Assembly (NCBI GenBank): GCA_963810275.1
Contig: CAWENF010000021.1
Coordinates: 192,001-256,000 of the forward strand
Source of the DNA: an uncultured archaeon
GTDB lineage: Archaea > Thermoproteota > Bathyarchaeia > Bathyarchaeales > Bathycorpusculaceae
Direction: 5' to 3'
Length of the DNA: 64,000 nt
The position numbers were made by a program, and so were the translations under genes. The notes beneath the pieces are model-generated. The model was not told the DNA's origin. It was given only the letters and a program-made list of their open reading frames with translations, and made no database searches. Below are positions 45,867-56,728 of this stretch, piece by piece; the stretch's first letter is position 1, and the number at the start of each line of letters is the position of its first letter.

Positions 45867-46031
45867 AGTTAACGGTTTTTTGGTAAGCGTCGTTCTTATA
45901 AGTTTTGGACAAATACGGTTCAGTCACTTGGCAAAGTGGCATAGATGAATTTTTTCCATTTGTCTATTTTTAGAGTGCAGGTAGAGTTTGCAGGTACATT
46001 ATTATTTGCCTCGACAGGCTATATCCAACAT

Positions 46032-47057
46032 ATGAGAAAAGCAAAAGCTATCAGCCTATTCTCAGGTGGACTTGACAGCATACTTGCCACAGAACTTGTA
46101 CGCCGACAAGGCATAGAAGTCATAGCTTTCAACATTAAAACCCCGTTTGGCATACCCAAAAAAGACGGGCAAACAGAGGCACAACAAGCCGCAGAGATCC
46201 TCAAAGTACCCCTTGTTGTACAACGCGTTGACAAAGAATACATAAAAATGCTCCGCAACCCCCGGCATGGCTACGGAAAAAACATCAACCCTTGCATAGA
46301 CTGCAAAATCTTAATCCTAAAACAAGCCAAAAAGTACGCTAAACAAGTCGGCGCAGACTTCATGTTTACGGGTGAAGTATTGGGTGAGCGTCCGATGTCG
46401 CAGCATGGTGCAGCATTAAGAACCATCGAGAAGGAGGCGAGGTTAAAGGGTAAGCTTCTGCGTCCGTTGTCGGCAAAGCTTATGGCTGAAACTGAAGCTG
46501 AAAAACAGTGTTTAATTGACCGCGAAAAGTTGTTGGCGATTGAAGGCAGATCGCGCAAGCCCCAGATGGACCTCGCCAAACAGTTCGGCATAGAGGTTTA
46601 TCCTTCGCCTGCAGGCGGATGCCTCCTGACCTGTGAAGAGTACGCTAAGAAGCTTCGTGACCTCTTCGACCACAAAAAACGAGTCAGCGTGGATGATGTG
46701 GCGTTGCTGAGAGTCGGAAGGCATTTCCGTGTGGACGATAACAAGGTTGTTGTGGGCAGAAACCAAGCTGAAAACATCTACCTGACGGGGCATAGGGGCA
46801 TGGGAGACTTTCTGTTTGAGTTGCCATTTCCAATAATGGGTCCTACAACGCTGCTCCAAGGCCCCAAAAGAAAAACCTCCATAGAAGTTGCTGCTAAACT
46901 TACTGCGTTTTACTCTGACGCTAAAACTTCAGAGGCAACTGTGAAATATGGCAAAGAAGTCATGGACAAAACCATGACAGTTTGGGTTCCCAAGAGGGAT
47001 TACGTGGATAGGCTAAGAGTAGGAGCCGCCGAAGTTAAGCTTGGCAGTAAACCGTGA
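46032..47057 (+). CDS. PP-loop tRNA thiolation-type protein (ThiI/MnmA-like, DUF814-type C-terminus)
   Basis: SGGLDS, NPCIDCK, TGEVLGERPMSQ, PAGGCLLT, GRHFR. Confidence 0.8.
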   Translation: MRKAKAISLFSGGLDSILATELVRRQGIEVIAFNIKTPFGIPKKDGQTEAQQAAEILKVPLVVQRVDKEYIKMLRNPRHGYGKNINPCIDCKILILKQAKKYAKQVGADFMFTGEVLGERPMSQHGAALRTIEKEARLKGKLLRPLSAKLMAETEAEKQCLIDREKLLAIEGRSRKPQMDLAKQFGIEVYPSPAGGCLLTCEEYAKKLRDLFDHKKRVSVDDVALLRVGRHFRVDDNKVVVGRNQAENIYLTGHRGMGDFLFELPFPIMGPTTLLQGPKRKTSIEVAAKLTAFYSDAKTSEATVKYGKEVMDKTMTVWVPKRDYVDRLRVGAAEVKLGSKP

Positions 47058-47123
47058 GCTCCATGTAACTGAACAAAAAACTTATCCCAAGAACGCCACA
47101 TTTAGCTGTTGAGGCAGAAGCCC

Positions 47124-47967
47124 GTGACAATTGAAAGTAACAGAAAACTGGGCGCTATCGGCTCGCTTTTGACGATTATCGGAGCAGTTAGCACCGTACT
47201 AACCGTCATTCAATATTCCAGTTTGTTGACGCCGACTACTATCGATATGGTGCCGAACTTTGCACTTTTAGCCGCCAGCGGGGCAGTATCCATGGTTGCG
47301 TTTCGTCGGGTTCATCCTTTTTCTTATTGCGATGTATGGGTTCTCTAAAGATTATCAGCAACCCAAAATCTTCAATTCCGTACTCTACGGAATCATAATA
47401 ACGATAGTTGCAGCCGTAATTTTAGGCGTAATCTGGTTTGTCTTGACCATAGCTAACATCTTAAGTCTCATACCAACCATTGTTCCCCCAACGCCCACCC
47501 AGATTCCAACAAATCTGATCCAAGAATTGATGACGCCCTACGCAGCCATGTTGATGGCGGGGATGTCGCTGGTTATACTGGTTTGGATAGGCTACTTCTA
47601 CAAAGCCTTCAACTTACTATCTGAAAAGTCTAAGGTGAAGTTTTTCAGTTCAGCTGCAAAAATCTTCGTACTGGGAGCGCTTATAACAGTAGCAGTAAGC
47701 TTCACCTTAGCAATGTTAAGCATCAACGAAACAGTAGATTACACCACAACATTGCTGGCTTCGATTCCCGGAGCCGCCGTGCAGTATTTAGCCTGGGCAC
47801 TCGCAGCTAAAGGCTTTTTTAGCATAAAAGTACCACCTCAGGAGGTTGCCCAAACCAATGCGTCTGTATGGGCTGCTAATCCTGATGTGCGGTACTGCAC
47901 AAATTGTGGAACCCCAAACCAGGCGGACTCCACCTACTGCACCCGATGCGGAAAGAAACTTTCCTGA
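47124..47967 (+). CDS. DUF996-like membrane protein with C-terminal zinc ribbon, frameshifted near 47300
   Basis: KLGAIGSLL, GFILFLIAMYGFS..Y...IF, YCTNCG...YCTRCG. Confidence 0.75.
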
Positions 47968-48017
47968 TAACGGAAAAGTTGAAAATCTAATAGTTCTTTC
48001 TTCTTTAGAGATGGCTG

Positions 48018-48605
48018 ATGATTGACACCTACTATCTACATTTAGAGTTCAAAAACAAAAATGGTATTTGGGCAGTGAATCTGCCTTTTCTATGCACAAG
48101 ATGCGGCGTATGCTGCAAGCTCGACGACTTCTTAGCGGCGGGCCCAATTAAAGCCACGTCAAAAGATCAGCCAAAAATCTATAGTGATCTCAAAGCACTC
48201 TATGACATGCTTGGCGAATTACTTGACAAAAAAGGGCAAGTCCAATACGACGAATACCTCATGCATACTGCTTGTCCATTTCTAAAAGGCAAGCTATGCA
48301 GCATCTATAAAATTCGTCCTGAGGGTTGCCGCATGTTTCCCAACACAGTGTTTGCCATGTTAAGCGAAGACTGTAAGGCACTGGACAGGTTCAAGCGTCA
48401 ACTCAGGAGCCTCAAACGGGGTAGAAGCTGCACCGAAGCGTTTTACTCTACTCTGGAGCAGAACAAACCTGCTAAGTACTCCCAAAAGCAATACCAGAAA
48501 TGCCTAAACCAGCTTAAACAGGCGGGAATAACAAAAGAAGAATTGGCGCTCTTTCAAGATTTAAACAGAAATAAAGAGAAAAATGAAGGAAAAACTAGTT
48601 GTTAA
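48018..48605 (+). CDS. YkgJ family cysteine-cluster protein
   Basis: CTRCGVCC, CPFL...CSIY..RP..CRMFP. Confidence 0.85.
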   Translation: MIDTYYLHLEFKNKNGIWAVNLPFLCTRCGVCCKLDDFLAAGPIKATSKDQPKIYSDLKALYDMLGELLDKKGQVQYDEYLMHTACPFLKGKLCSIYKIRPEGCRMFPNTVFAMLSEDCKALDRFKRQLRSLKRGRSCTEAFYSTLEQNKPAKYSQKQYQKCLNQLKQAGITKEELALFQDLNRNKEKNEGKTSC

Positions 48606-49005
48606 ATTTTCTTTGCAGCTTTTTGCATTTAGCGTTAAAACTGATTAGCTGCTTGTAGCTTTTGAGCTGTACAAAGGAGCAATGTCTCTGACCCCACGAA
48701 ACTGCTTCTTCTGTAAACCCACTATTTGAGATCAGCAATCCTTGGTCAACTTCGCCTTTTTCTTTGGCTATGGCAACTTTGTTGCAGAAGGCTTCAACGT
48801 CGTGTGCGTCAAGTGGTTTTTCGTTGTAGTGTCCCTTGCATTCTACGTGCAGAATTAGTTTGCGTTTTGCTTGTAGAACCTCTACACGAAGGTGTGGAGT
48901 TCTGGTATGCAGGGTTGTGTGGGCTTTTGTGGTGTAACCCAACTGGTTTAGCATATCTTTAACTATATCTTCGAATGTCTTACCGCATTGAGGGCTATAT
49001 GACAT
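48595..49005 (-). CDS. Mrr-like restriction endonuclease domain protein
   Basis: GKTFEDIV..ML..LGY, VECK, GLLISNSGFT..A. Confidence 0.75.
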   Translation of the reverse strand: MSYSPQCGKTFEDIVKDMLNQLGYTTKAHTTLHTRTPHLRVEVLQAKRKLILHVECKGHYNEKPLDAHDVEAFCNKVAIAKEKGEVDQGLLISNSGFTEEAVSWGQRHCSFVQLKSYKQLISFNAKCKKLQRKFNN

Positions 49006-49453
49006 TTAGGCACCGTTTCTATTTGAGAAATCTTTAACCTATAATAAGGTTTTGGCGTTTCCCGGAAAATTTTTCAAGAAAACGTAAAAAAAAGCTCAGT
49101 AAGCGCATATCTCCGCACAAAGGATACGGAAAAAAACACAGTTGTAAACGAAAAATGCAAAAACCCATTTTTTAGCGACCAAAAAGAGTTCAGGAACGAG
49201 CGATCCAAAATATCTAATGCCGATTCTACTTTTCAGCAAAAAAGTCAGGGCCATTGGTTTTTGGGTGTCACCTTGCGAAGTCTAAACGCAAACCCATCAC
49301 ACCGCCACATGCACAATCAAGCGGTTCCATGCAACATGTAGAAAAAACAGGTCTCCCACACCCACATAACGAATACACAGCAGCTTCAAAAATTTTTCCT
49401 ATCCACCAGAGTTCCGAGTCGCTTCAGCAGCAAAGAATAAACAAAAACCACAA

Positions 49454-50164
49454 CTACGGTTTCTTCATAACTTCCGCCCTAAGCTCTTTAGGCATCAACT
49501 CAATAGCATAACGCAAAGCCGTCCGAGGCATCACACTGCGGTTTTTAACCACATAGTCAAAAACCTCTTTTTGATGCATACGACTTTCCTCTTTTAGCAG
49601 CCACCCATAACCCTTCTGAACCAAATCATCCCCATCCAGCAATAATACATTAGCAACATCAAAAGCTTCCGAAAGGAACAGACCGCGTTTTGCGGGCACA
49701 ATAAATGACACCGCAGACGCACGTTTAAGCCACCTGTTACCGCTTTTGGCCCAACTTTTAACTTCAGCAACGACTTCAGAACACTTTACAATAAGGTCGC
49801 CCACTGCGTGATTACATAAGCCGTCGCACTCCGCCCAGTTGTTCACATAGGTTTCTATCCAGCGTTTGAAAGTGTGGATGTCTTCTGGGTTGAGGTTGTC
49901 AATATAATAAGGTAACCAAGTGTTGACAACAAAAGCTTCCTCCATATAGCCTGACTGGAAAAAAGCCTCACATAGGGCAAAAAGCTCCTGTTTCCTCATA
50001 GAGCGGATTTGTTTTAGGTATTTTTTGGCGATTTTCTCCACAACTGCTGTTTTGACGCCGTACACTTGGATTTGCTCTTTGAAGAAACGGTGTGCGGTCT
50101 GGGCGGTTTTAGGATCGGAGTTAACTTTGAGATCTAGGCGTATCTGCTCAATAAGTAAGGACAT
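49454..50164 (-). CDS. DNA alkylation repair protein (AlkD-like)
   Basis: YGVKT, VNNWAECD, DDLVQKGYGWLLKE, MPRTALRYAIE. Confidence 0.88.
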   Translation of the reverse strand: MSLLIEQIRLDLKVNSDPKTAQTAHRFFKEQIQVYGVKTAVVEKIAKKYLKQIRSMRKQELFALCEAFFQSGYMEEAFVVNTWLPYYIDNLNPEDIHTFKRWIETYVNNWAECDGLCNHAVGDLIVKCSEVVAEVKSWAKSGNRWLKRASAVSFIVPAKRGLFLSEAFDVANVLLLDGDDLVQKGYGWLLKEESRMHQKEVFDYVVKNRSVMPRTALRYAIELMPKELRAEVMKKP

Positions 50165-50235
50165 AACATCAGATTGGACGATATTCGGATATTAAGTTTT
50201 TTAAAAGCGGGTTCTATTAAAGGGGAAGGGAAGGT

Positions 50236-50507
50236 TTAGAATTCTTCCATTTGGTAGAGACCCAAATCGATGTTAAGACACTTTTCGGGTCCATGGCTGT
50301 CCTCTAAGTCGTAAAGGTTTGATGTAGCAGTTTCAAGTTTACTCTTTTTCGGTATCACTTTGGCTTTAACCATCCTTTTGGTTTTAGGTTTGCCCACCAC
50401 AATTGAAGCGTCAAGGACAAGTTCGGTGTTATCGAACTGTTGCGGGGCGACTTTGACGTCTTCAACGGTGAGGCTGCATTTGAGTTCGTCGTGAAGATGT
50501 TTAGTCA
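50236..50507 (-). CDS. Hypothetical protein coupled to the RHH gene
   Basis: ORF overlapping the RHH stop; start placed at TTG 50507. Confidence 0.5.
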
Positions 50508-50656
50508 ACGCCTTTTCTCCTCCATACTTCGGCACTGATCAGATCTCGGATGGCTACACGAATAGCTTCAGCTCGGTTAGGGTAGAAGCATTCATCCACT
50601 AACTGGTCTAAAGCTTTTATGTATGTTTCAGGTAGATATAGTGTGATTAGTTTCAA
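50501..50656 (-). CDS. Ribbon-helix-helix (CopG / CdrS-like) regulator, 51 aa
   Basis: Manual translation MKLITLYLPETYIKALDQLVDECFYPNRAEAIRVAIRDLISAEVWRRKGVD; below the ORF-track cutoff. Confidence 0.85.
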   Translation of the reverse strand: MKLITLYLPETYIKALDQLVDECFYPNRAEAIRVAIRDLISAEVWRRKGVD

Positions 50657-50860
50657 GGTTAGGCTAGTCCCCCGGCTTTTGATGAATATACATCTCTAAT
50701 ACACCCTTATACTTCTACATATTATGTTACATATATGTACATAATATGTTGGTTCCACCATATATAAATGAAGAATCACTAATGAACTAGCTATCTGTCA
50801 ATAATCAACTAGCAAGGAACACGTTTTTATGTCAAGACAAGCAACTACCCACGAACACAA

Positions 50861-52189
50861 ATGCGGCAAATACACATCAAAACCTACGGATGCTCTAGCA
50901 ACACCGCAGACACCCAAACACTCGCAGGAACCCTAAAACAAGCAGGCTATACGATAACCGACAAAGAAGCAGACGCAGATCTTATAATATACAATACCTG
51001 CGCAGTAAAAGGACCCACAGAGAATCGCATTATAGATGACATAAAACACACCCCCAAGGGCAAAAAAGTCATAGTTGCAGGCTGCCTGCCCAAAATCAGC
51101 TTCCAACGTCTCCAAAGGGAAGTTCGCTTCGATGCAGTAGTCGGCCCTGCAGCAGGCGAAAAAATCGTTCAAATCGCAAAGCAAGTTATCAATGGAGCCC
51201 AAAACATCGTGGATTTAGAGGTTCTCGAAAGTTTACCGCCAATTACCCTGCCTAAAATACGCAAAAACCCGGCAGTCTCAGTAATCCCCATAAACATGGG
51301 GTGCTTGGGAAGCTGCGCTTACTGCTGTGTAGTACTAGCCCGCGGGAAATTACGCAGTTATAGCATCGAGGATATTGTGAAAAGGGTTCAGGTGGACTAT
51401 TCGGAGGGGGCAAAGGAGTTCTGGTTGACCTCGCAGGACACTGCAAGCTACGGTAGAGACAGAAAAACTGACTTAGCGTCCTTGCTATGCGCCGTAGGCA
51501 GCGTGGAGGGTGACTTTCGCGTACGAGTGGGCATGATGACGCTTAACCTTGTCAAAGATATGGAGGAGCGATTGGTCGGGGCGTTTGAAAACCAGAAAAT
51601 ATTCAAATTCCTGCATTTGCCCGTGCAAAGCGGCGACAATGGCGTCTTAAAAGGCATGCGCAGATTCTATACTGCGGAGGAGTTTAAAGCGACTGTTAAG
51701 GCGTTCCGAGAAGCGTTCCCTGACTTGACTTTAGCCACGGACATCATCGTTGGCTATCCAGGAGAATCTGAGAAAGCCTTCAACAACACATTAAACCTAC
51801 TAAAAGAGGTCGAGCCTGATGTGACCAATGTATCCAAGTTTTTCGCTCGCCCCAAAACAGCCGCACTAGACATAACTGATGGCTTAGTCGATAAAGAGGA
51901 AACTAAACGCCGAAGCACAGTCACAGCAGAATTAGCCAAACAGATTTCCGCTAAGCGAAACAAAATCTGGGAAGGCTGGGTCGGCAATGTACTATTCGAT
52001 GAGACAGGTAAATTGTTGAATTCGTGGGTTGGGCGCAACTTTGCTTACAAACCCATCGCAGTCAAATGCAGCGACAACTTATTAGGCAAAACCCTAAAGG
52101 TGAAAGTCACAGAAGCAGCAGGAACATATCTAAAAGGAAAAATTATAGAGCCTGAAGGCGACGGCGAACTGGGTTACTTGGCTATTTAA
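50861..52189 (+). CDS. tRNA methylthiotransferase (archaeal MtaB / MiaB-like)
   Basis: TYGCSSN, NTCAVK, AGC, GCLGSCAYC, LHLPVQSG, TDIIVGYPGE, C-terminal TRAM domain. Confidence 0.92.
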   Translation: MRQIHIKTYGCSSNTADTQTLAGTLKQAGYTITDKEADADLIIYNTCAVKGPTENRIIDDIKHTPKGKKVIVAGCLPKISFQRLQREVRFDAVVGPAAGEKIVQIAKQVINGAQNIVDLEVLESLPPITLPKIRKNPAVSVIPINMGCLGSCAYCCVVLARGKLRSYSIEDIVKRVQVDYSEGAKEFWLTSQDTASYGRDRKTDLASLLCAVGSVEGDFRVRVGMMTLNLVKDMEERLVGAFENQKIFKFLHLPVQSGDNGVLKGMRRFYTAEEFKATVKAFREAFPDLTLATDIIVGYPGESEKAFNNTLNLLKEVEPDVTNVSKFFARPKTAALDITDGLVDKEETKRRSTVTAELAKQISAKRNKIWEGWVGNVLFDETGKLLNSWVGRNFAYKPIAVKCSDNLLGKTLKVKVTEAAGTYLKGKIIEPEGDGELGYLAI

Positions 52190-52641
52190 TGGTACAGCTA
52201 TGATAGCGCATGGTTGAGTGCGAGGCGCCACTGCTGCCCAAACGCCCATACTATGCTCCAGTAACATCCCTTGTCCACCACTGTGCTTGAGTTTATAAGG
52301 TTAAAACTTGTATGTACCATATCCTGACGGCGCATTTACAATTTGGTGGCCCAGGTCTAAGAGTTCAGCGAAGTCTTTGTATGAAGGGTCTGTGAACATG
52401 TAACGCCACTGCTGAGCGAAGTCAGAGTCGCAAATCATCAAGCCATCAAGTTGCATTCCGATTGACTCGTAGGGTCTATCATCAAAAGCGGTTTTTGCGA
52501 AGACACCGATTAGGGTTTGCGGGTTGAATATAACGCTGACAGTGCCGACGAGTTGTTTTTGGTTGCCAAGTAGATGTTGGCAGCTAAAGAAGCTACTAAA
52601 ACAGCGGGTAGTATTATTGTTATTATTTTGGTTTTGCCCAT
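52186..52641 (-). CDS. Small secreted/membrane hypothetical protein, frameshifted
   Basis: Manual start MGKTKIITIILPAVLVASLAANIYL; continues in another frame. Confidence 0.4.
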
Positions 52642-53012
52642 GTTTGTTTCTTCCACTAAAGACACGAGTTAACGATAGATCATTATAAGATTTTCTTGAT
52701 ACCAGGAACTTGGCGGATTTAGGACATTTGTTACCGGAATTTCTGTTTGTGTAAACTTTTCTATAAGGTTTAGATGAAGAGAACGGACGCTTTAATCTTC
52801 ATTTTCTCAGAGTTGGTTGGCGGTTATATTTTCTTTCTGGGTTATTTGGTTGGTGGGCGGTTGAGGTTGAAGTAGTTTTTACACACAAGAAAAATGGCAT
52901 TAGGCTTACAATTTTTTATAGATGGATTAGTTGTGAAATTCAGTTAGCCCATTTTGATTGTGGAAGGCTTAAATAATTTCACTCGCTCTCAAACCTTATC
53001 TGAGCTGAGATT

Positions 53013-54434
53013 GTGACCTCCAATCAACCCATCGTGCTTTTCAACACCCTGACACGGAAAAAGGAGCCATTTCATCCAATCGTAGAGGGTACAGTCAAAC
53101 TCTATACCTGCGGACCAACCGTGTATGACTATGCGCACATTGGCAACTTCCGCGCTTTCATCTTTGAAGATTTGTTTAAACGCTGGCTCATATACCGTGG
53201 CTACAAGGTCACTCACATCATGAACTTAACCGACATAGACGACAAAACCATTAGAGGCAGCCAAAAACAAGGCATCCCGTTACGAAAATTTACAGAATTT
53301 TATGTCAAAGCGTTCTTTGAAGACATAAAGGCGCTAAACATCTTGCCTGCAGATGTGTACCCTAAAGCCACTGACCACATCCCGGAAATGATAGAATTAA
53401 TCAAGACCTTGATGGCTAAAGGCGTCGCGTACAGCGGCGAGGACGGCTCCATATATTTCTCAGTAGCTAAGTTCCCAGATTACGGCAAACTCAGTCATCT
53501 AAAAGTTTGCGAACTCAAAGCAGGAGCACGGGTCTGCCAAGACGAATACGCCAAAGAAGAAGCACAAGACTTCGCACTTTGGAAGGCTTGGACTCCCGAG
53601 GACGGCGAGGTGTTTTGGGAGACAGAACTGGGAAAAGGTAGACCGGGCTGGCACATCGAATGCTCCGCCATGAGCACCAAGTACCTAGGTGAAACCTTTG
53701 ACATCCACTGCGGCGGCGTAGACAACATGTTTCCTCATCATGAAAACGAAATCGCCCAATCCGAAGCAGCCAGCGGCAAGCAGTTTGTCAACTACTGGAT
53801 GCATAACGAACACTTGCAAGTCGAAGGCAAAAAAATGAGCAAACGTTTCGGCAACTTTTACACGCTCCGCGACTTGCTAACTAAGGGCTATGACCCAATC
53901 GCTATCCGTTACCTACTGATGAGTACGCATTATCGGCAGCAATTCAACTTCACCTTTGAAGGTTTAGAATCAGCGAAAGCAGCATTGGAACGATTGCGGA
54001 ACTTTGTGCGACGATTACATGAGGTTGAAGGCACAACAGCCACAGGAAAAGTCGAAGTTTTAACCGACAAACTGGAGGCGTGCTTCGGCGGCAGCATGGA
54101 CAACGACCTAAATGTCGCAGTAGCCTTAGCCTCGCTCTTCGATTTCGTCAGAGAAATGAATGCACTACTAGATGCCAACTTGGTCAGCAAACAAGAAGCA
54201 GCCGACGTAGGCGGCTTAATGATGCGCCTGGACACCGTTTTAGGCGTGATTGGTAAAGTCGAAGTAGAAGAAGCCCTGCCTGAAGACATCGATGCTTTGG
54301 TGCAAAAACGGGAAACTGCACGCAAAGCCAAAAACTGGAAAGAAGCCGACGAAATCCGTACACAACTCAAAGCAATGGGCATTGTACTTGAAGACACCGC
54401 ACAGGGCATAAGGTGGCATAAAGAGACTGCTTAA
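53013..54434 (+). CDS. cysS: Cysteine--tRNA ligase
   Basis: [41 protein letters not shown]. Confidence 0.97.
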   Translation: MTSNQPIVLFNTLTRKKEPFHPIVEGTVKLYTCGPTVYDYAHIGNFRAFIFEDLFKRWLIYRGYKVTHIMNLTDIDDKTIRGSQKQGIPLRKFTEFYVKAFFEDIKALNILPADVYPKATDHIPEMIELIKTLMAKGVAYSGEDGSIYFSVAKFPDYGKLSHLKVCELKAGARVCQDEYAKEEAQDFALWKAWTPEDGEVFWETELGKGRPGWHIECSAMSTKYLGETFDIHCGGVDNMFPHHENEIAQSEAASGKQFVNYWMHNEHLQVEGKKMSKRFGNFYTLRDLLTKGYDPIAIRYLLMSTHYRQQFNFTFEGLESAKAALERLRNFVRRLHEVEGTTATGKVEVLTDKLEACFGGSMDNDLNVAVALASLFDFVREMNALLDANLVSKQEAADVGGLMMRLDTVLGVIGKVEVEEALPEDIDALVQKRETARKAKNWKEADEIRTQLKAMGIVLEDTAQGIRWHKETA

Positions 54435-55216
54435 GCAATTTTCCCATTTAGGTTCCAGTCTTCCTTTAAATATTTTTCGTTACACAATTTTTGTGCTATG
54501 GCTTTCTCTTTTTGTGTGAGTTCGCTTTCGAGTAGTTGGATTTTTAGGATTGCTTTGAAGCCTTGTGCAAGGGCGTTGGCGACTGTTTGGGGGCTGATTT
54601 TGTGTCCGAGTTCGGTTTGGATGCTGGTTATTTTGCGTTGCCCTATTGCTGTGGCTTCGATGCAGGAGACGCCCTTGAGTTGGAGCAACTGGAACATGCG
54701 GGGCAAATCCAGGTTGATAAGAACTGTGCCATGCTGCAACACGATACCTCGGCTGATGGTTTGGCTGCTGCCGCTGATTTTTTTGCCCACCACAGTTAGG
54801 TTTGGGCAGTTCTTGGCATCGCCAGTGCTGAAGTCTGCGGGAACTCCGAGGAGGCGCAAGGCGTCGGTTATGGCGCCGTAGATTTTCGTGTAAATGGTGG
54901 TTACATCCGCCGAGCCTAAATCGGAGACTTTAGCAACGACACTGTAGGTGACTTCACCCTCAAAATCATGGTAGACTGCTCCGCCACCGCTGATACGCCG
55001 AACAACATCCACCCCAAACTTTTTGGAATTATCGAGATAGACGTCGTTTTGTGGGTTCTGATTCCTTCCTAGGCTCACAGCGGAGGGTTTCCAGCGATAA
55101 AACCGCAGTGTATTTGGTACTTCCCCGTTGATGCGGGCTTGGAGTATGGCTTCGTCGATTGCCATATTCATGGCTGCACTGCTAGTTGATAAAGGGAGAT
55201 AACGCCAGATGTTCAT
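54431..55216 (-). CDS. Lipoate-protein ligase A family
   Basis: NMAIDEA, LRFYRW, VVRRISGGGAVYHD, KKISGSSQ, LQHGT. Confidence 0.9.
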   Translation of the reverse strand: MNIWRYLPLSTSSAAMNMAIDEAILQARINGEVPNTLRFYRWKPSAVSLGRNQNPQNDVYLDNSKKFGVDVVRRISGGGAVYHDFEGEVTYSVVAKVSDLGSADVTTIYTKIYGAITDALRLLGVPADFSTGDAKNCPNLTVVGKKISGSSQTISRGIVLQHGTVLINLDLPRMFQLLQLKGVSCIEATAIGQRKITSIQTELGHKISPQTVANALAQGFKAILKIQLLESELTQKEKAIAQKLCNEKYLKEDWNLNGKIA

Positions 55217-55736
55217 AAACTGTCACTTTTCGTCTTCTTGTTGTTTTTATGTTGCCTCTCGGCTTCGCGGCGGATGGCGTCTATGTTTCCGTCAACCATT
55301 GATAGCCACTGCTTGTTCTGCTCAGTATTTAGGCCGTGTTTAACAAAGATTTCTTTTGCTCGCAAAAGCGCCTCTACCGCTGCGTCAAGACAGCGTAGAG
55401 TAGCAAGTGAGGTTCCTTGATTCGCCAGGGCCATGAGCCATCTGCCTACGTCGGCGGGATACTGGTCGCCACATTGGTCATAAAACGCTAAAGCTTTGTT
55501 TGCGGCGGCAAAGCACTCCATATGCTGGCCCAGTTTACCATGAGCAGCGGACAAGCCCGAGTAGCAGTAAGCAGCAAAACGTCTGCGATCAAATGACAGT
55601 CGGAGGGAAGCGTGACGCATATTCGCAGCGCCTTGTTGAAGCACTCCACAGCGTCGGTATAGTTGCCTTCCACGATGAGGCGCTCTGCATTTCGGCTGGC
55701 TTGCTGCATGTCGCGGATTACGTGAGCAGTCTTCAT
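55213..55736 (-). CDS. TPR-like protein (DUF3856-like), frameshifted near 55600
   Basis: Joined frames ...EGNYTDAVECFNKALRI../FDRRRFAAYCYSGLSAAHGKLG...ANKALAFY. Confidence 0.6.
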
Positions 55737-55846
55737 TTTTTACCCTGCATGTTTAGGTATACATCCATTTAATCAAGGTTTTTTAACCTTGAGAGATAAT
55801 CCTTAAAACCTAAACCTGCATTCCTTAGCAAACAAGAGGAATAATA

Positions 55847-56728
55847 GTGAAAATTATTAGCGGTCCAGCGTCCAAAGCACTTGCCGAGGCAGTATCTGCC
55901 CAAACAGACATCAAAAACGTCCCAGTTATCAGCAAAATCTTCCCCGACGGCGAATCCTACGTCAGAATCGACGGAGACGTCGCAGGCGAAGAAGTCGCCA
56001 TCATCCAAACCACCTGCCCCCCAATGCAGGACGGCAAACTATTCCAACTGGCTTTCCTTGCAGATTCAGCAAAGCGCGCATGCGCCACCAAAGTAATCGC
56101 AGTCGTACCTTACCTCGCCTATGCAAGGCAGGACAAAATGTTCCTCTCAGGGGAAGGCATAAGCATCGAAACCATCTCGCGCATGCTCAAAGCCGCCGGT
56201 GTAGATCAACTCTTGACAGTAAACATCCACTCCGAACACTCACTTGCTCAGTTTCCGTTCCCAGCCAAAACAGCCAGCGCTATCCCCCTAATCGCAGACT
56301 ATTTCGTCCAAAAAGGCCACAAAGGAGCCTATGCACTTTCCCCCGACAAAGGCGCAATGTACATCGCCCAACAGGCACAACAGGTTTTGGGCGGCGACGC
56401 AGGGCACCTCAACAAAACCCGCGACCGCTACACGGGGCAAACAGTGCAGACCGCCGAGGGCCTAAACGTCAAAGACCAAACCGTCATCATCCTTGACGAC
56501 ATCATCAGCACAGGCGGCACCATCGTCGGAGCAGCCAAAATCCTAAAAGAAAACGGTGCGACACACGTGTTCTGCGGCTGCGTACACGGCCTACTCATAG
56601 GCGACGCCGAGAAACGCATTCTCGACGCGGGTGTGGAGGAAATCGTGGGCACCGACAGTGTCCCCGGAGCAGTTAGCAAGGTGTCGCTGGCTCCACTTAT
56701 CAGTAAAGAACTAAAAGGCGCAAATTAG
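55847..56728 (+). CDS. prs: Ribose-phosphate pyrophosphokinase
   Basis: FPDGESYVR, PYLAYARQD, SPDKGA, ILDDIISTGGT. Confidence 0.96.
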   Translation: MKIISGPASKALAEAVSAQTDIKNVPVISKIFPDGESYVRIDGDVAGEEVAIIQTTCPPMQDGKLFQLAFLADSAKRACATKVIAVVPYLAYARQDKMFLSGEGISIETISRMLKAAGVDQLLTVNIHSEHSLAQFPFPAKTASAIPLIADYFVQKGHKGAYALSPDKGAMYIAQQAQQVLGGDAGHLNKTRDRYTGQTVQTAEGLNVKDQTVIILDDIISTGGTIVGAAKILKENGATHVFCGCVHGLLIGDAEKRILDAGVEEIVGTDSVPGAVSKVSLAPLISKELKGAN

